64,000 bases of DNA from Calditrichaceae bacterium (lineage in GTDB: Bacteria; Calditrichota; Calditrichia; Calditrichales; JBFXGD01): assembly GCA_050173015.1 (NCBI GenBank), contig JBFXLE010000001.1, forward strand, positions 32,001-96,000. Direction: 5' to 3'. This document shows positions 40,662 through 50,548 of the stretch, one piece after another. The notes beneath the pieces were generated by a model that worked only from the letters and a program-made list of their open reading frames with translations, did no database searches and was not told the DNA's origin. The translations under genes and the position numbers were made by a program. Position 1 is the first letter of the stretch; each line of letters starts with the position of its first letter.

Positions 40662-40784
40662 GCAATATAACATATTGATTAGACGTCTCTGTTATTTATC
40701 CTTTTATTCTAATATTGGAAAACATTTTCTAGATATAGAAATCTTATTCTAATGTTAGAAAAAAAAATATTTCCAATATCGTAA
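40662..40784 (-). mobile_element. putative attI-like cassette entry site (GTT core) with four 14-bp quasi-palindromes
   Basis: Minus strand GTTATATTGC at 40671-40662; TTCYARTRTYRKAA-like repeats at 40707, 40727, 40747 and 40771. Confidence 0.5.
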
Positions 40785-41135
40785 AAATTAACCATCGGAA
40801 ACAGCTCGCTCCTGCGTTCAATTGATCAAGAGTATTTAAGACCTATCCCAGGTCATTATTGGTTTGTTTTCTTAAAACCCGCATGAGACGATATCCAAAT
40901 AACAAGCGTCATCTATTTGTATCAAAATCAACTTTGTCATCATTTTCAATGATTGAAGAAAAAATATAAGATGAAACTAAAATCGTTATCATTATAATCA
41001 TATATATTGAAAATTTCAAGTATCTAATGTATCCAGACAGAATGGTTTATGAAGAATCTTTTATCTCATGTCATCCATATTTTGGCATGTATCCCGGTCG
41101 TTTTTTTTCAGTATCATTAACGTTCAAAAATAAAA

Positions 41136-41167
41136 ACTCCCGAAGCCTGTAATGGGGCTCCGGGAGT
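41136..41167 (-). terminator. intrinsic terminator
   Basis: ACTCCCGGAGCC...GGCTTCGGGAGT hairpin followed by TTTTTATTTTT on the minus strand. Confidence 0.65.
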
Positions 41168-41206
41168 GGGGTTTTGTTTCCCATGCATGTCTAAGGTACG
41201 TCTCCG

Positions 41207-41360
41207 TTGCGCGTGACAGGCGCTCTCTCACCAGCATGGGAGCTTTCTCTCACCGGCATTACAGAATTCTCTCACGCGCATAACAGTTTTGTCTCACCCG
41301 CATAAGAGAATTGTCCCACCGGCGTGACAGACCGTCTCTTATAAGCGTCGCAGACCTACT
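41207..41360. repeat. degenerate 22-bp tandem repeat array (6-7 units)
   Basis: CAC-initiated units at 41229, 41251, 41273, 41295 and 41317 (exact 22-bp period), e.g. CACCGGCATTACAGAATTCTCT and CACGCGCATAACAGTTTTGTCT. Confidence 0.8.
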
Positions 41361-41598
41361 TCTCACGCTTGACTGGGACAAGATCCATCTGTTTTACTAA
41401 ATTCCGTTTTGCCCGAATCCGGATACTTTTTTTTTTAATATGGGAAACAGCATTAAAATCATCAATGTTTTCCACGCCTTCGCCGGTCACCAATGGATAA
41501 AAGTCACATATTCTGCCAAGCTCAACTGATTCATTACCTGGGCTTAAATTAATAAAGATCTCATATCTGATTAGGGATAGAAAATCATGTAATCATCC

Positions 41599-41640
41599 TA
41601 ATCAAGCGAATCCTCCATAGGCGGACAGGTCAGAGTTCAG
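41599..41640 (+). repeat. 42-bp dispersed repeat, copy B
   Basis: 36/42 identical to 32355-32396. Confidence 0.75.
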
Positions 41641-41711
41641 ATATTGGTTATTAAAGGTAAAGTTTAGCCGAAGATACGTGTTAATCTCAATATCTTTATA
41701 GCGGTGACTGC

Positions 41712-42176
41712 TTAACTGTCTCCGCCATGATCACCTATTAATACCCAACGGGCATTCTGTTTCATCAAAATATCCGTCCAGCGGCCCTGCTCGCTTTTTC
41801 GTTTTCCCTCTTTATCCTCGCTCATTTCCATATAATAGTAATGAACAAAGGCCACATTCCCAAAAATTTTAATAGCCAACGGGTGAATATCATAAGTGAT
41901 AATCTTTGATGTGGCAAAGGATGGCGCTACCCATTTTTCAAGAGACGCTTTGCCTGACGGCATCGCGCTTTTGTTATACCAACCGCTGTAATCGTTGTGG
42001 AAATAACTCAAAAATCCGGGCAGATCACGCTTCGCGCTCATTTGCCAGTAGGTTTCTACATTTTTCCAGACTTCTTTCTGCGCGGCTGACCATTCCTGTG
42101 CCCGGACCGGCGCGCTGTCGATTAATATAAATGTAATCATCAAAAAGAAAGCAGAAATAATTGTGAACTTTTTCAT
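41712..42176 (-). CDS. secreted NTF2-like (DUF4440/SnoaL) protein
   Basis: Signal peptide; IKIFGNVAFVHY and GRWTDILMKQNARWVLIGDH beta-strand pattern. Confidence 0.8.
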   Translation of the reverse strand: MKKFTIISAFFLMITFILIDSAPVRAQEWSAAQKEVWKNVETYWQMSAKRDLPGFLSYFHNDYSGWYNKSAMPSGKASLEKWVAPSFATSKIITYDIHPLAIKIFGNVAFVHYYYMEMSEDKEGKRKSEQGRWTDILMKQNARWVLIGDHGGDS

Positions 42177-42618
42177 GGTTTCCCCCCTTGAATCTGATAA
42201 GAATGAACTCAGACAATAAATGTCAGAGCTTGCAACTATTTATCTTCGGCTAAATTTTTAAACTAAAAGATCTGAAGCAATTTGACAGACCGGCCCTCTG
42301 TTAACGTCATTATTTTTTGAACGATTACTCACACCGCGGTTAAATATTCCACCCTTATTAAATTGCATGTGATTAAGACGAATATGAACAAGTCTCTTTA
42401 TTATTAAGGTTTAAGAATGATTAGCTTCTAAAACGAATAACGATGTATTATATTCCCCGGCTTAATGAGTCATGATAGCTGTTTACATGATCATAAATTT
42501 CAAAATTCACATTAGAAGCGGTTGAATTCTATCTTTTTGGTTCTTATATTCAAGCCATCATTTGTCGTGATTTAAACCAACTTGCGGCGACAATAAACAA
42601 TTTGCTAAACCGGAGTTG

Positions 42619-42643
42619 AAGACCTGTATCCGGGTCTTTTTTT
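42619..42643 (+). terminator. intrinsic terminator/attenuator in a leader
   Basis: AAGACCTG-TATC-CGGGTCTT hairpin followed by a T-run. Confidence 0.6.
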
Positions 42644-42755
42644 GTTTCCGGGAAAACGGAAAACGTGGAGATTTGTGAGGATTGCAACCACGGAAAATAT
42701 GTGCTAAAACCTTAAAGCGTCCTCAAAATCTCCTCAATATCAGAGGAGGTATCTT

Positions 42756-43568
42756 ATGAAACAGCACTACCCATATTTAGCCGTCGAAGTCATGCCGTTT
42801 GTCTATGAAGTCAAACGTATCCGTTTTATCAAAAACCCCAATATCATGGTTCCGCAGGATGTACTGGCGATTGTATCAAATGATATTGCCCGGTTTGGTA
42901 AAATAAAAGAACGCAAAGAAAACCGCGTCATCAACGCGGCCATAGGATTTCTCAGAAAGGCGGGACATTCCGGGCTTGTCTTTTTGTCAGAAACAGAGGT
43001 TGTTTCAATTGAAGAAGATGGCAGCGTAAAAACTTTGCCGGAACCGGTTAAAAATTTGATTCTTACCGGCCATTTGGGTCAGCTCGGCGGGCAAATCTAT
43101 GAGCCGGACAATAAACAATTGTTCGCCAAATACACGCTTGACAAGGATATGCGTGTGGTGTTTTTTGCCATCTTTGTTCGCAACGAAGCGCTGGAATCAA
43201 AATATCCGGGTGGTTTGCGGCGTTTTCATGAAAAATACGATACGCTTTGCTTTAACAATGAAATGACATTCGCGGATATGGTGATGGGTTTGGAAGACGA
43301 TTCCTGGCATGAAATCATCAGGGATCTGGAGTCACATGATATTAATTATCCGGATGATTTTATCGAAAATGAATTCTTTGGAATTAGATGGGGAATAGAA
43401 ATGGAAGAGAAGCTCCTGAAGGAAAAAACGGGTCAGGTCAAAAAGATCGAAAAAAGCTGCGGAGCAGATTGGCTGATGGGGCACCTCATCGGGCATGATC
43501 TTCATGTTTATTATAACGAACCCGCTCGGGAGGTATCAAGTTTTGATCAGACGGGACAGATGACATAA
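42756..43568 (+). CDS. hypothetical protein
   Basis: 270-aa ORF with strong GAGGAGG RBS; no family recognised. Confidence 0.7.
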   Translation: MKQHYPYLAVEVMPFVYEVKRIRFIKNPNIMVPQDVLAIVSNDIARFGKIKERKENRVINAAIGFLRKAGHSGLVFLSETEVVSIEEDGSVKTLPEPVKNLILTGHLGQLGGQIYEPDNKQLFAKYTLDKDMRVVFFAIFVRNEALESKYPGGLRRFHEKYDTLCFNNEMTFADMVMGLEDDSWHEIIRDLESHDINYPDDFIENEFFGIRWGIEMEEKLLKEKTGQVKKIEKSCGADWLMGHLIGHDLHVYYNEPAREVSSFDQTGQMT

Positions 43569-43642
43569 ATCACTGCCTCTTTTATAATCCGATTTCCTTT
43601 ACTATATTTCATTTACTTTCAAATTCGGCACGATGAGGGGAT

Positions 43643-44470
43643 ATGGCGGGAAATTCGGATCAGAATAAGTTGAAACCATGGCAGGCAAAGCTGCATACGG
43701 TTATTTTTGAAGCTGACACACGCCCGGGTAAATATTTTGATATAGGACTGATTGTCACCATTCTGGTGAGTGTGCTGGCGGTGATGCTGGACAGCGTTCA
43801 GTCGATCACTCTGCTTTACGGCAACTGGTTATACGCCGCGGAATGGTTCTTTACCATCGCGTTTACCATCGAGTATATTCTTCGGTTAAGCTGCGTGGGG
43901 CGGCCCATAAAATATGCCGTCAGCTTTTTTGGCGTCATCGATTTGCTGGCCATACTGCCAACTTACGTGAGTGTAATTGTGCCCGGCAGCCAGTTTCTGT
44001 TAGTTATAAGAATTCTGCGTGTTTTGCGCATATTCCGGGTATTCAAACTAGTTAAGTATATCAGCGAAGCCAAACTTCTTAGACAGGCGCTTAGGGCCAG
44101 TCAACGCAAAATAACGGTATTTTTATTCACCGTGCTGACCAGCGTCGTCGTCATGGGTTCGCTGATGTATATGATCGAAGGCGCGGGGAATGGATTTACC
44201 AGTATTCCCAGAAGCATTTATTGGGCGATAGTCACCTTGACCACCGTTGGTTACGGTGATATTTCTCCTCAGACTCCCATTGGTCAGATGCTGGCATCTG
44301 TTATAATGATAATGGGATACGGCATTATTGCAGTGCCCACCGGTATCGTCACGGTGGAGATGACACGCGCCCAGCAGAAAATCGTATCGACACAGGCCTG
44401 TCCGCAGTGCGCGGCGGAAGGTCACGATCATGACGCGGTACATTGCAAGTATTGCGGAGCTAAACTTTAA
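43643..44470 (+). CDS. voltage-gated potassium channel (ion transporter)
   Basis: S4 RILRVLRIFRVFK, selectivity filter TTVGYGD and C-terminal CxxC..CxxC. Confidence 0.93.
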   Translation: MAGNSDQNKLKPWQAKLHTVIFEADTRPGKYFDIGLIVTILVSVLAVMLDSVQSITLLYGNWLYAAEWFFTIAFTIEYILRLSCVGRPIKYAVSFFGVIDLLAILPTYVSVIVPGSQFLLVIRILRVLRIFRVFKLVKYISEAKLLRQALRASQRKITVFLFTVLTSVVVMGSLMYMIEGAGNGFTSIPRSIYWAIVTLTTVGYGDISPQTPIGQMLASVIMIMGYGIIAVPTGIVTVEMTRAQQKIVSTQACPQCAAEGHDHDAVHCKYCGAKL

Positions 44471-44629
44471 CCGCGTCCCACCATTTACAGGATCAGATAA
44501 AATAGATGAATATATTGGTCCGTAAGCGCCAATTATTTTAAGGCGCAGCCTGAAAAATAAAGCCTTCTCATTAAAAAAATAATTTCACTTGCTCTCAGGC
44601 CAAATAAACACTACTCTAAATAAAGCACT

Positions 44630-47428
44630 TTGTTTAATAACGCGGGAAACAGGCTGGTCCTGAAAAATTGGATGAACCAAAAAATATCGGGGACACAGAC
44701 AGTTTCAATCGAAGATTCTCTAAAAGATCGTATTGCGTATCTGGAACAATCTGAGAAATTGTTGCGGGATGAAATCGATGCGCTAAAGGAGACAGAGGAA
44801 AGATACGCGCGAATCTTCAGGCAGTCGAAAGACGCCATCTTTATTCATGATCTGACAGGAAAAATTCTGGATGTGAACCAGGAAGCGCTAAATCTTTTTG
44901 GGTATTCCTTTAATGAATTTGTCGGTATGAAAATTTCTTCCCTTCATCCTCCTGATGAATTGCCAATTTCTGAAAAAACACTGAACATCGTCAAGAAAAA
45001 AGAAATCGTAAATACGGAAATCCGTTTCAAAAAGAAGAATGGTGAAATCTTTCCGGCGGAATTGTTTGGAGGGTTGTACTCCTTTAAGGGAGATAAATTT
45101 GTTCAGGGGATTGTCCGGGATATTTCGGATCGGAAAAGAGCGGAAAAAGCTCTGAGTGAATCCAAAAGAACGCTTCAAAATATTTACGATACCATTCCGG
45201 ACGCGGTTATTTCAACCGACGCTAAGTATAATATAACCTCCTGCAATCAGGCAGTCTATAAAGTGCTTGGATATAAACCGGAAGAATTAAATGGTAAAAG
45301 TTATCAAATGATCGTCGCGGAAGAGATGATAAATGATCCAAAACAGTTAAAAAGAGAAAAAGAATTATTCAAAAAGGGATATCTTGAACAAATCGAATAC
45401 ATTTTTAAAAGAAAGAATGGAGAAAAGTTTTTGGCAAGCTATTCTGTGGTAATGAATTTTAATGAACATGATAAATTTGTCGGCCTGGTGGGAACCATTC
45501 GTGATATCACAGAAAGAAAAAAAGTAGAAACCGCTTTAAAAGAATCGGAAGAAAAATTTAGAAATCTCGCTGAACAGTCTCCCAACATGATATTTATTAA
45601 CAAGAACGGGAAGATCGTTTATGTCAATAAACGCTGTGAAGAAATAATGGGTTATGATAAGGATGAATTTTATAGCGATGAATTTGACTTTTTGTCTTTG
45701 ATTGACAGTGCGTCTAAAGATATAGTCAGAAAATCGTTTCGCGATCATTCACAAGGGAAAGAAGTGCAGCCATTCGAATATCTTCTTAAGACAAAAAACA
45801 ATCGTAATCTTAACGCAATCCTTACCACGAAGCTCATTCAATATGAATCAGGAACGGCAATTCTTGGCATCGTAACGGATATCACTAAATGGAAACAGGC
45901 GGAATTAGCTCTCAAAGAGTCAGAAGAAAAATACAGAAAATTTTTTGAGGATGATTTAACGGGTGATTACATAACCACTCCCGAAGGTGATTTATTGTCA
46001 TGTAATCCGGCTTTCGCGAAAATATTTGGATTTGATTCTGTCGAAGATGCATTAAAATGTAATGTGATGTCATTCTATCCTGACCCAAAGACCAGGCAAA
46101 AATTGTTGCGGCTGTTAAAGAAAAAAAGAAGACTGGAATATTATGAGATGGAACTTCGTGACCGGAAAGGAAAGCCCGTCTATATTATTACCAATGTTAC
46201 CGGTCAGTTCGATAAAAGCGGAAATCTGACGGAATTGAAAGGTTACCTGTTTAACAATACAAAATTTAAGCAGCTTGAAGAACAGTTCCGCCAGGCTCAG
46301 AAAATGGAGGCGATAGGGCGTTTGGCCGGTGGTATAGAGCACGACTTTAACAATTTACTGACCATTATTCGCGGGTACAGTGAATTGAATATTACGGATC
46401 TTAAAATAAGTGACCCGTTTTATAACCGAATGGTGCAAATTGATAAAGCGGCCGAACGGGCAGAAAAGCTTACGCGTCAACTGCTGGCGTTTAGCCGAAG
46501 ACAGGTATTAATGCCAAAAATTATTAATATGAACGAGCTTTTGGAAGATATTCAAAATATGATAAAACGCATCATCGGCGAAGACATAGAGCTTATTACA
46601 ATTTTAGAGCCAAAACTGGGCGCCATTAAAGCTGATCCCGGCCAGGTCGAACAGGTCATCATGAATTTGGTTGTAAATGCCCGTGACGCGATGCCGCAAG
46701 GGGAGAAGCTAATCATCGAGACGAGAAAAGCGGATGTGGAGATTACTGCCGCGAAAGGATTCAGAAACGCGGAATCCGGTGAGTATATAATGCTGGCGAT
46801 CAGCGATACCGGTGTTGGTATGGATGAAAAAGTGAAATCGAGAATATTTGAACCTTTTTTTACAACCAAGGATACCGGTAAAGGCACGGGACTGGGTCTG
46901 GCGACCGTTTATGGAATCGTCAAACAAAGCGGGGGATATATTGATGTTTACAGCCAGGCGGGAAGAGGCAGCGCGTTTAAAATATATTTACCCGCAATAG
47001 ATGAAACGCCGGGGAGCATAGCAGAAGAAGATACTGTTGAGATTGATCTGTCCGGATACGAGTCAGTACTGGTGGTGGAAGATGAAACAGAAGTTCGTAA
47101 TATTGTCTCTCAGACATTAACATCGTATGGATACACGGTTTATGAAGCAGCGGATGGTCAGGAGGCTATACAAATTTGCATGAACTCTGAAAACACGATA
47201 CATCTTATCGTCAGTGATATTATTATGCCCAGGATGAGTGGTCATCACCTGATTGGAAGGGTTAAATCCGTATTTCCGGATATTAAAATATTGTTTATGT
47301 CGGGATACACCGATGGCGCGATGATTCATCAGGGATTGCTGGGACCCCAACTGCATTATTTACAAAAACCATTTACCCCCCGGATTCTGCTTAGAAAAGT
47401 AAGAGAAGTTCTTGATGAAGTTTTATAG
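44630..47428 (+). CDS. multi-PAS hybrid sensor histidine kinase with receiver domain
   Basis: Four PAS repeats, HDFNN H-box, NARDAM, GTGLGL and C-terminal REC (VEDE, SDIIMP, QKP). Confidence 0.93.
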   Translation: MFNNAGNRLVLKNWMNQKISGTQTVSIEDSLKDRIAYLEQSEKLLRDEIDALKETEERYARIFRQSKDAIFIHDLTGKILDVNQEALNLFGYSFNEFVGMKISSLHPPDELPISEKTLNIVKKKEIVNTEIRFKKKNGEIFPAELFGGLYSFKGDKFVQGIVRDISDRKRAEKALSESKRTLQNIYDTIPDAVISTDAKYNITSCNQAVYKVLGYKPEELNGKSYQMIVAEEMINDPKQLKREKELFKKGYLEQIEYIFKRKNGEKFLASYSVVMNFNEHDKFVGLVGTIRDITERKKVETALKESEEKFRNLAEQSPNMIFINKNGKIVYVNKRCEEIMGYDKDEFYSDEFDFLSLIDSASKDIVRKSFRDHSQGKEVQPFEYLLKTKNNRNLNAILTTKLIQYESGTAILGIVTDITKWKQAELALKESEEKYRKFFEDDLTGDYITTPEGDLLSCNPAFAKIFGFDSVEDALKCNVMSFYPDPKTRQKLLRLLKKKRRLEYYEMELRDRKGKPVYIITNVTGQFDKSGNLTELKGYLFNNTKFKQLEEQFRQAQKMEAIGRLAGGIEHDFNNLLTIIRGYSELNITDLKISDPFYNRMVQIDKAAERAEKLTRQLLAFSRRQVLMPKIINMNELLEDIQNMIKRIIGEDIELITILEPKLGAIKADPGQVEQVIMNLVVNARDAMPQGEKLIIETRKADVEITAAKGFRNAESGEYIMLAISDTGVGMDEKVKSRIFEPFFTTKDTGKGTGLGLATVYGIVKQSGGYIDVYSQAGRGSAFKIYLPAIDETPGSIAEEDTVEIDLSGYESVLVVEDETEVRNIVSQTLTSYGYTVYEAADGQEAIQICMNSENTIHLIVSDIIMPRMSGHHLIGRVKSVFPDIKILFMSGYTDGAMIHQGLLGPQLHYLQKPFTPRILLRKVREVLDEVL

Positions 47429-47433
47429 CGCTT

Positions 47434-49248
47434 TCACGTCTTAAGTGGAAATATCAAGTCATCTTTTTCAACCAGTTTTCCAAAATCATCAAGTTCGAGT
47501 GGTTTGCTGAACAGATACCCCTGATATTTATAACATTTTTGCGCCCCTAAAAAGGCCAGATGTTCGGGCTCTTCGACCCCTTCCGCGATCACTTCTTTGT
47601 TAAGGTTTTGTCCAAGAACAATGATGGATTTTACCAGTTCCTTGTTCTTCTCACTGGTGCCGATATGTTGTATAAAAGAGCGATCGATTTTAATCGAAGT
47701 GGCCGGTATTTTATGCAGATATACCAAAGACGCGAATCCAATTCCAAAATCATCAATAGCGAGTTTAATGCCGAGCCGGTTTAATTCATTAATATTTGTG
47801 ATCACTTCCTTTTGGTCATCCAGATAACTGGTCTCCGTAAGCTCAAGTTGAATGTATTTGGGGTCAATATCGGATGCCTTCAATATTCTTTCCAGGCTTT
47901 TTATCATATTGGTGGATTTTAACTGTTTCGCGGAAAGATTTATCGAGACGTACAGATTCGGATTTATCTTTCGTATGACCGAGTTGAATTCCTGACAGGT
48001 TTTGTTGAATATCCAATCCCCCAGTCTGTTTATCAAATTGTTTTCTTCGGCGATCGGGATAAATGAAACGGGAGGAACAGCTCCCAGTTCCGGATTTTGC
48101 CAGCGAACCAACGCTTCAGAGCCTACAATCTTATAATCTCCGTTTGTTTTTTTTTCGATAATCGGCTGATAAACCATTTTAAGCTGTTTGTCAAACGTTT
48201 TATCTTTTACCATCGTGCGGAGATTATTTTCAATTTTTAAGCGGTTCATCGATTTGTCTGTCATGTCTTTTGAAAAGAATTGATAATTGTTTTTTCCTCG
48301 CTTTTTGGCGTTGTACATGGCGATATCGGCATTTTTGACTAAAGTTTCACGATCTTTACCGTCTCTCGGGAAGAAAACGATGCCGATACTTGGAGTCAGG
48401 TAGGTGATTTTATGGTTTTTGATGAAATAAGGTTCGGATAGATTCTTTATTAAGCGCTCCGCCACCGTACTGGCCTGAAATTCCTGTTTTAATCTGCGGG
48501 CAATGACGGTAAACTCGTCGCCGCCGAGACGGAATACATAATCGGATTTCCTCAAGGAGTCATTCATCCTTTTGGCGGCTTCTTTGAGGACCATATCTCC
48601 GACATCGTGGCCCAGAGTATCGTTAACGAGCTTGAAATTATCCAAATCACAAAAGAGGACCGCGTTGATACTGTGCGCGGCATCCCGTTCCGATTCAAGC
48701 AGAATCTGATCAAGCTGTTCATAAAAGGCGTCGCGGTTTCTTAATCCGGTAAGCTTGTCATGATACGCGAGATATTTTAATTCCTTCTGGGAAAGGACGA
48801 CCGCGGTCAGATTGGATCCAAAAAAGCAAATATGTGATATTTCTTTGCTTTCGCTGTCTTTAAATATCGGTTGATAATAGCGTTTATAGTATAAAGATTT
48901 ATTTTTATCATGAAAATAAAGCTCTTCCGTAAAACGGATCGTCTTTTTTTCTGTGAGTACCCGCGCAAAATTTTCTTTTCTCTTCTGACTGGAGTCAGAA
49001 CTGATACCCATGAGTTTAAAGAAATAATCATCATCTTTCCCCAGGATGGATTTACGAAGTTTGGCATCTACCAAATAGAGCTCATTGACAAATTCGTATT
49101 TGCCTTCAGAATTGTAAACGGCCACTTCCATCGGGACTTTTTGAAGAAGCATGTACTCATTTTTGAAGCTAACCGGATCGGTTCCATCTGAATTGTCATT
49201 GGATCTGTTCAGAAACGAGAACAGGCCTTTTTTCTGTGTCTTTGTCAT
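47434..49248 (-). CDS. GGDEF-EAL diguanylate cyclase/phosphodiesterase
   Basis: RLGGDEF, EALVRW, DDFGIG, KIDRSF and AEGVE motifs. Confidence 0.95.
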   Translation of the reverse strand: MTKTQKKGLFSFLNRSNDNSDGTDPVSFKNEYMLLQKVPMEVAVYNSEGKYEFVNELYLVDAKLRKSILGKDDDYFFKLMGISSDSSQKRKENFARVLTEKKTIRFTEELYFHDKNKSLYYKRYYQPIFKDSESKEISHICFFGSNLTAVVLSQKELKYLAYHDKLTGLRNRDAFYEQLDQILLESERDAAHSINAVLFCDLDNFKLVNDTLGHDVGDMVLKEAAKRMNDSLRKSDYVFRLGGDEFTVIARRLKQEFQASTVAERLIKNLSEPYFIKNHKITYLTPSIGIVFFPRDGKDRETLVKNADIAMYNAKKRGKNNYQFFSKDMTDKSMNRLKIENNLRTMVKDKTFDKQLKMVYQPIIEKKTNGDYKIVGSEALVRWQNPELGAVPPVSFIPIAEENNLINRLGDWIFNKTCQEFNSVIRKINPNLYVSINLSAKQLKSTNMIKSLERILKASDIDPKYIQLELTETSYLDDQKEVITNINELNRLGIKLAIDDFGIGFASLVYLHKIPATSIKIDRSFIQHIGTSEKNKELVKSIIVLGQNLNKEVIAEGVEEPEHLAFLGAQKCYKYQGYLFSKPLELDDFGKLVEKDDLIFPLKT

Positions 49249-49425
49249 ATTCCTTCAACACCACGGTTTAGGTTATGGATTAAATGATTCTCTTTGTATC
49301 ATGATTCTATCCTGATAATCGGCAAAAATGAATTTTCTTTACTCAAAATATAATAATTGGATAGAAGCAAGAGTGATCAACATCAATCAATTTTCCATAA
49401 CTTATGAAAGTATTTCATCCTCATT

Positions 49426-50211
49426 CTAATAATTTATTGTAAAGATCAGAGCTTCGCGATTTTGCTCCCAGGCATCATCGGGGCCGATATCAGGAAGCTC
49501 CAGAGTGATCACGGGTATATTCCGTTCATTCCCAGCGTAATTCCCGAATGAACCGGGAGTCGGGTATCCGATATCACTACTCACCGGATAGCCGTTCATT
49601 TGTGCAATTGTTTTTGCAAGATCCGATGCCGGACCGTCATAGTTCACCACATGTAAATCCTGATGAATTGTTATGATTTTATCCGGTCGGTATTCATTCA
49701 ATAAATCAATTATCATCCGTGTCTCAATTTCCGACGCGGGTTCCGGCCCTGGATAATTCTTTTGTTTTTGATAAGCGGGTGACCAGTCATCAGTTGGGAA
49801 ATTTCTGTTAAGATCCACTTTTTTCGAATTAAGCCGGCTTCGTTCAAATAACCCATCGGGATTTACCGCGGGGACAAGAATCACTCTTTGCCGGATTTGA
49901 TCCTGAATGGCAGCAAGATCCTCCGCCAGCCGGATAACCAGATGAAAACCGGTTTGTTCATCCCCGTGAAAAGCGCCGAGCACGAGTGTTGTGCGCGCTG
50001 ATTGTCCCAGTTCCAAAAGATAGATGTTTCGTCCCAAGCCGCTCTTTGCGTAAATTTTCCAGTCAAGTGAGCTCCGGCTAATCAATTCATATGTCTTTTT
50101 GGTCTCCCTATGTAATAACAGATGTCTGAAGTAGGGTACAAAAATATAATAACCCGCAACGCACAGAATCAAAATTAATAGTATAAGATGACTTTTTGAA
50201 TTCATCTGCAA
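49426..50211 (-). CDS. mpaA: M14 zinc carboxypeptidase, murein peptide amidase MpaA-like
   Basis: HGDE, NPDG, DLNRNFP, IGYPTPGSFG and ITLELP motifs; N-terminal TM. Confidence 0.8.
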   Translation of the reverse strand: MQMNSKSHLILLILILCVAGYYIFVPYFRHLLLHRETKKTYELISRSSLDWKIYAKSGLGRNIYLLELGQSARTTLVLGAFHGDEQTGFHLVIRLAEDLAAIQDQIRQRVILVPAVNPDGLFERSRLNSKKVDLNRNFPTDDWSPAYQKQKNYPGPEPASEIETRMIIDLLNEYRPDKIITIHQDLHVVNYDGPASDLAKTIAQMNGYPVSSDIGYPTPGSFGNYAGNERNIPVITLELPDIGPDDAWEQNREALIFTINY

Positions 50212-50548
50212 ATCGGATCCTTCCGGGTCTTACGACAGGAGAATTAAGAAAAACTAAATGTATCAATTAACAGTGAAATTTCAAAGTTCTTTTTTGGGCA
50301 AAGATGGCAAATTAGACAGAATTATTCTCAATCCTGAACATATTATGGTTCTTATTCGCGGTTGATATTCACAAGCAATTTCTTTTTTTTGGCGAAAATT
50401 GTCAAAAAATGCTTATTTATCTTGCAAACAAGGTGTTTTATTGCTTGATTGTAATCTCAATATTTGCTTAATTTATAAATAATTTTTCCAAAATTTTTAT
50501 TGAATAAAAAATACGAATATTTTATTTCGGTTGATTGCAGGTATTCAT

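Noticed and set aside
40790-41130. Integron integrase gene or pseudogene upstream of the cassettes
   Set aside because: No open frame and no recognisable tyrosine-recombinase motifs; any resemblance is too weak to support.
41207-41360. CRISPR array
   Set aside because: Units are contiguous and degenerate with no conserved repeat/unique spacer alternation, and there are no cas genes.
46300-46360. Atypical H-box GGIEHDFNN as an inactive kinase
   Set aside because: The phospho-accepting His and the ATP-binding boxes are intact; a single substitution is not informative.
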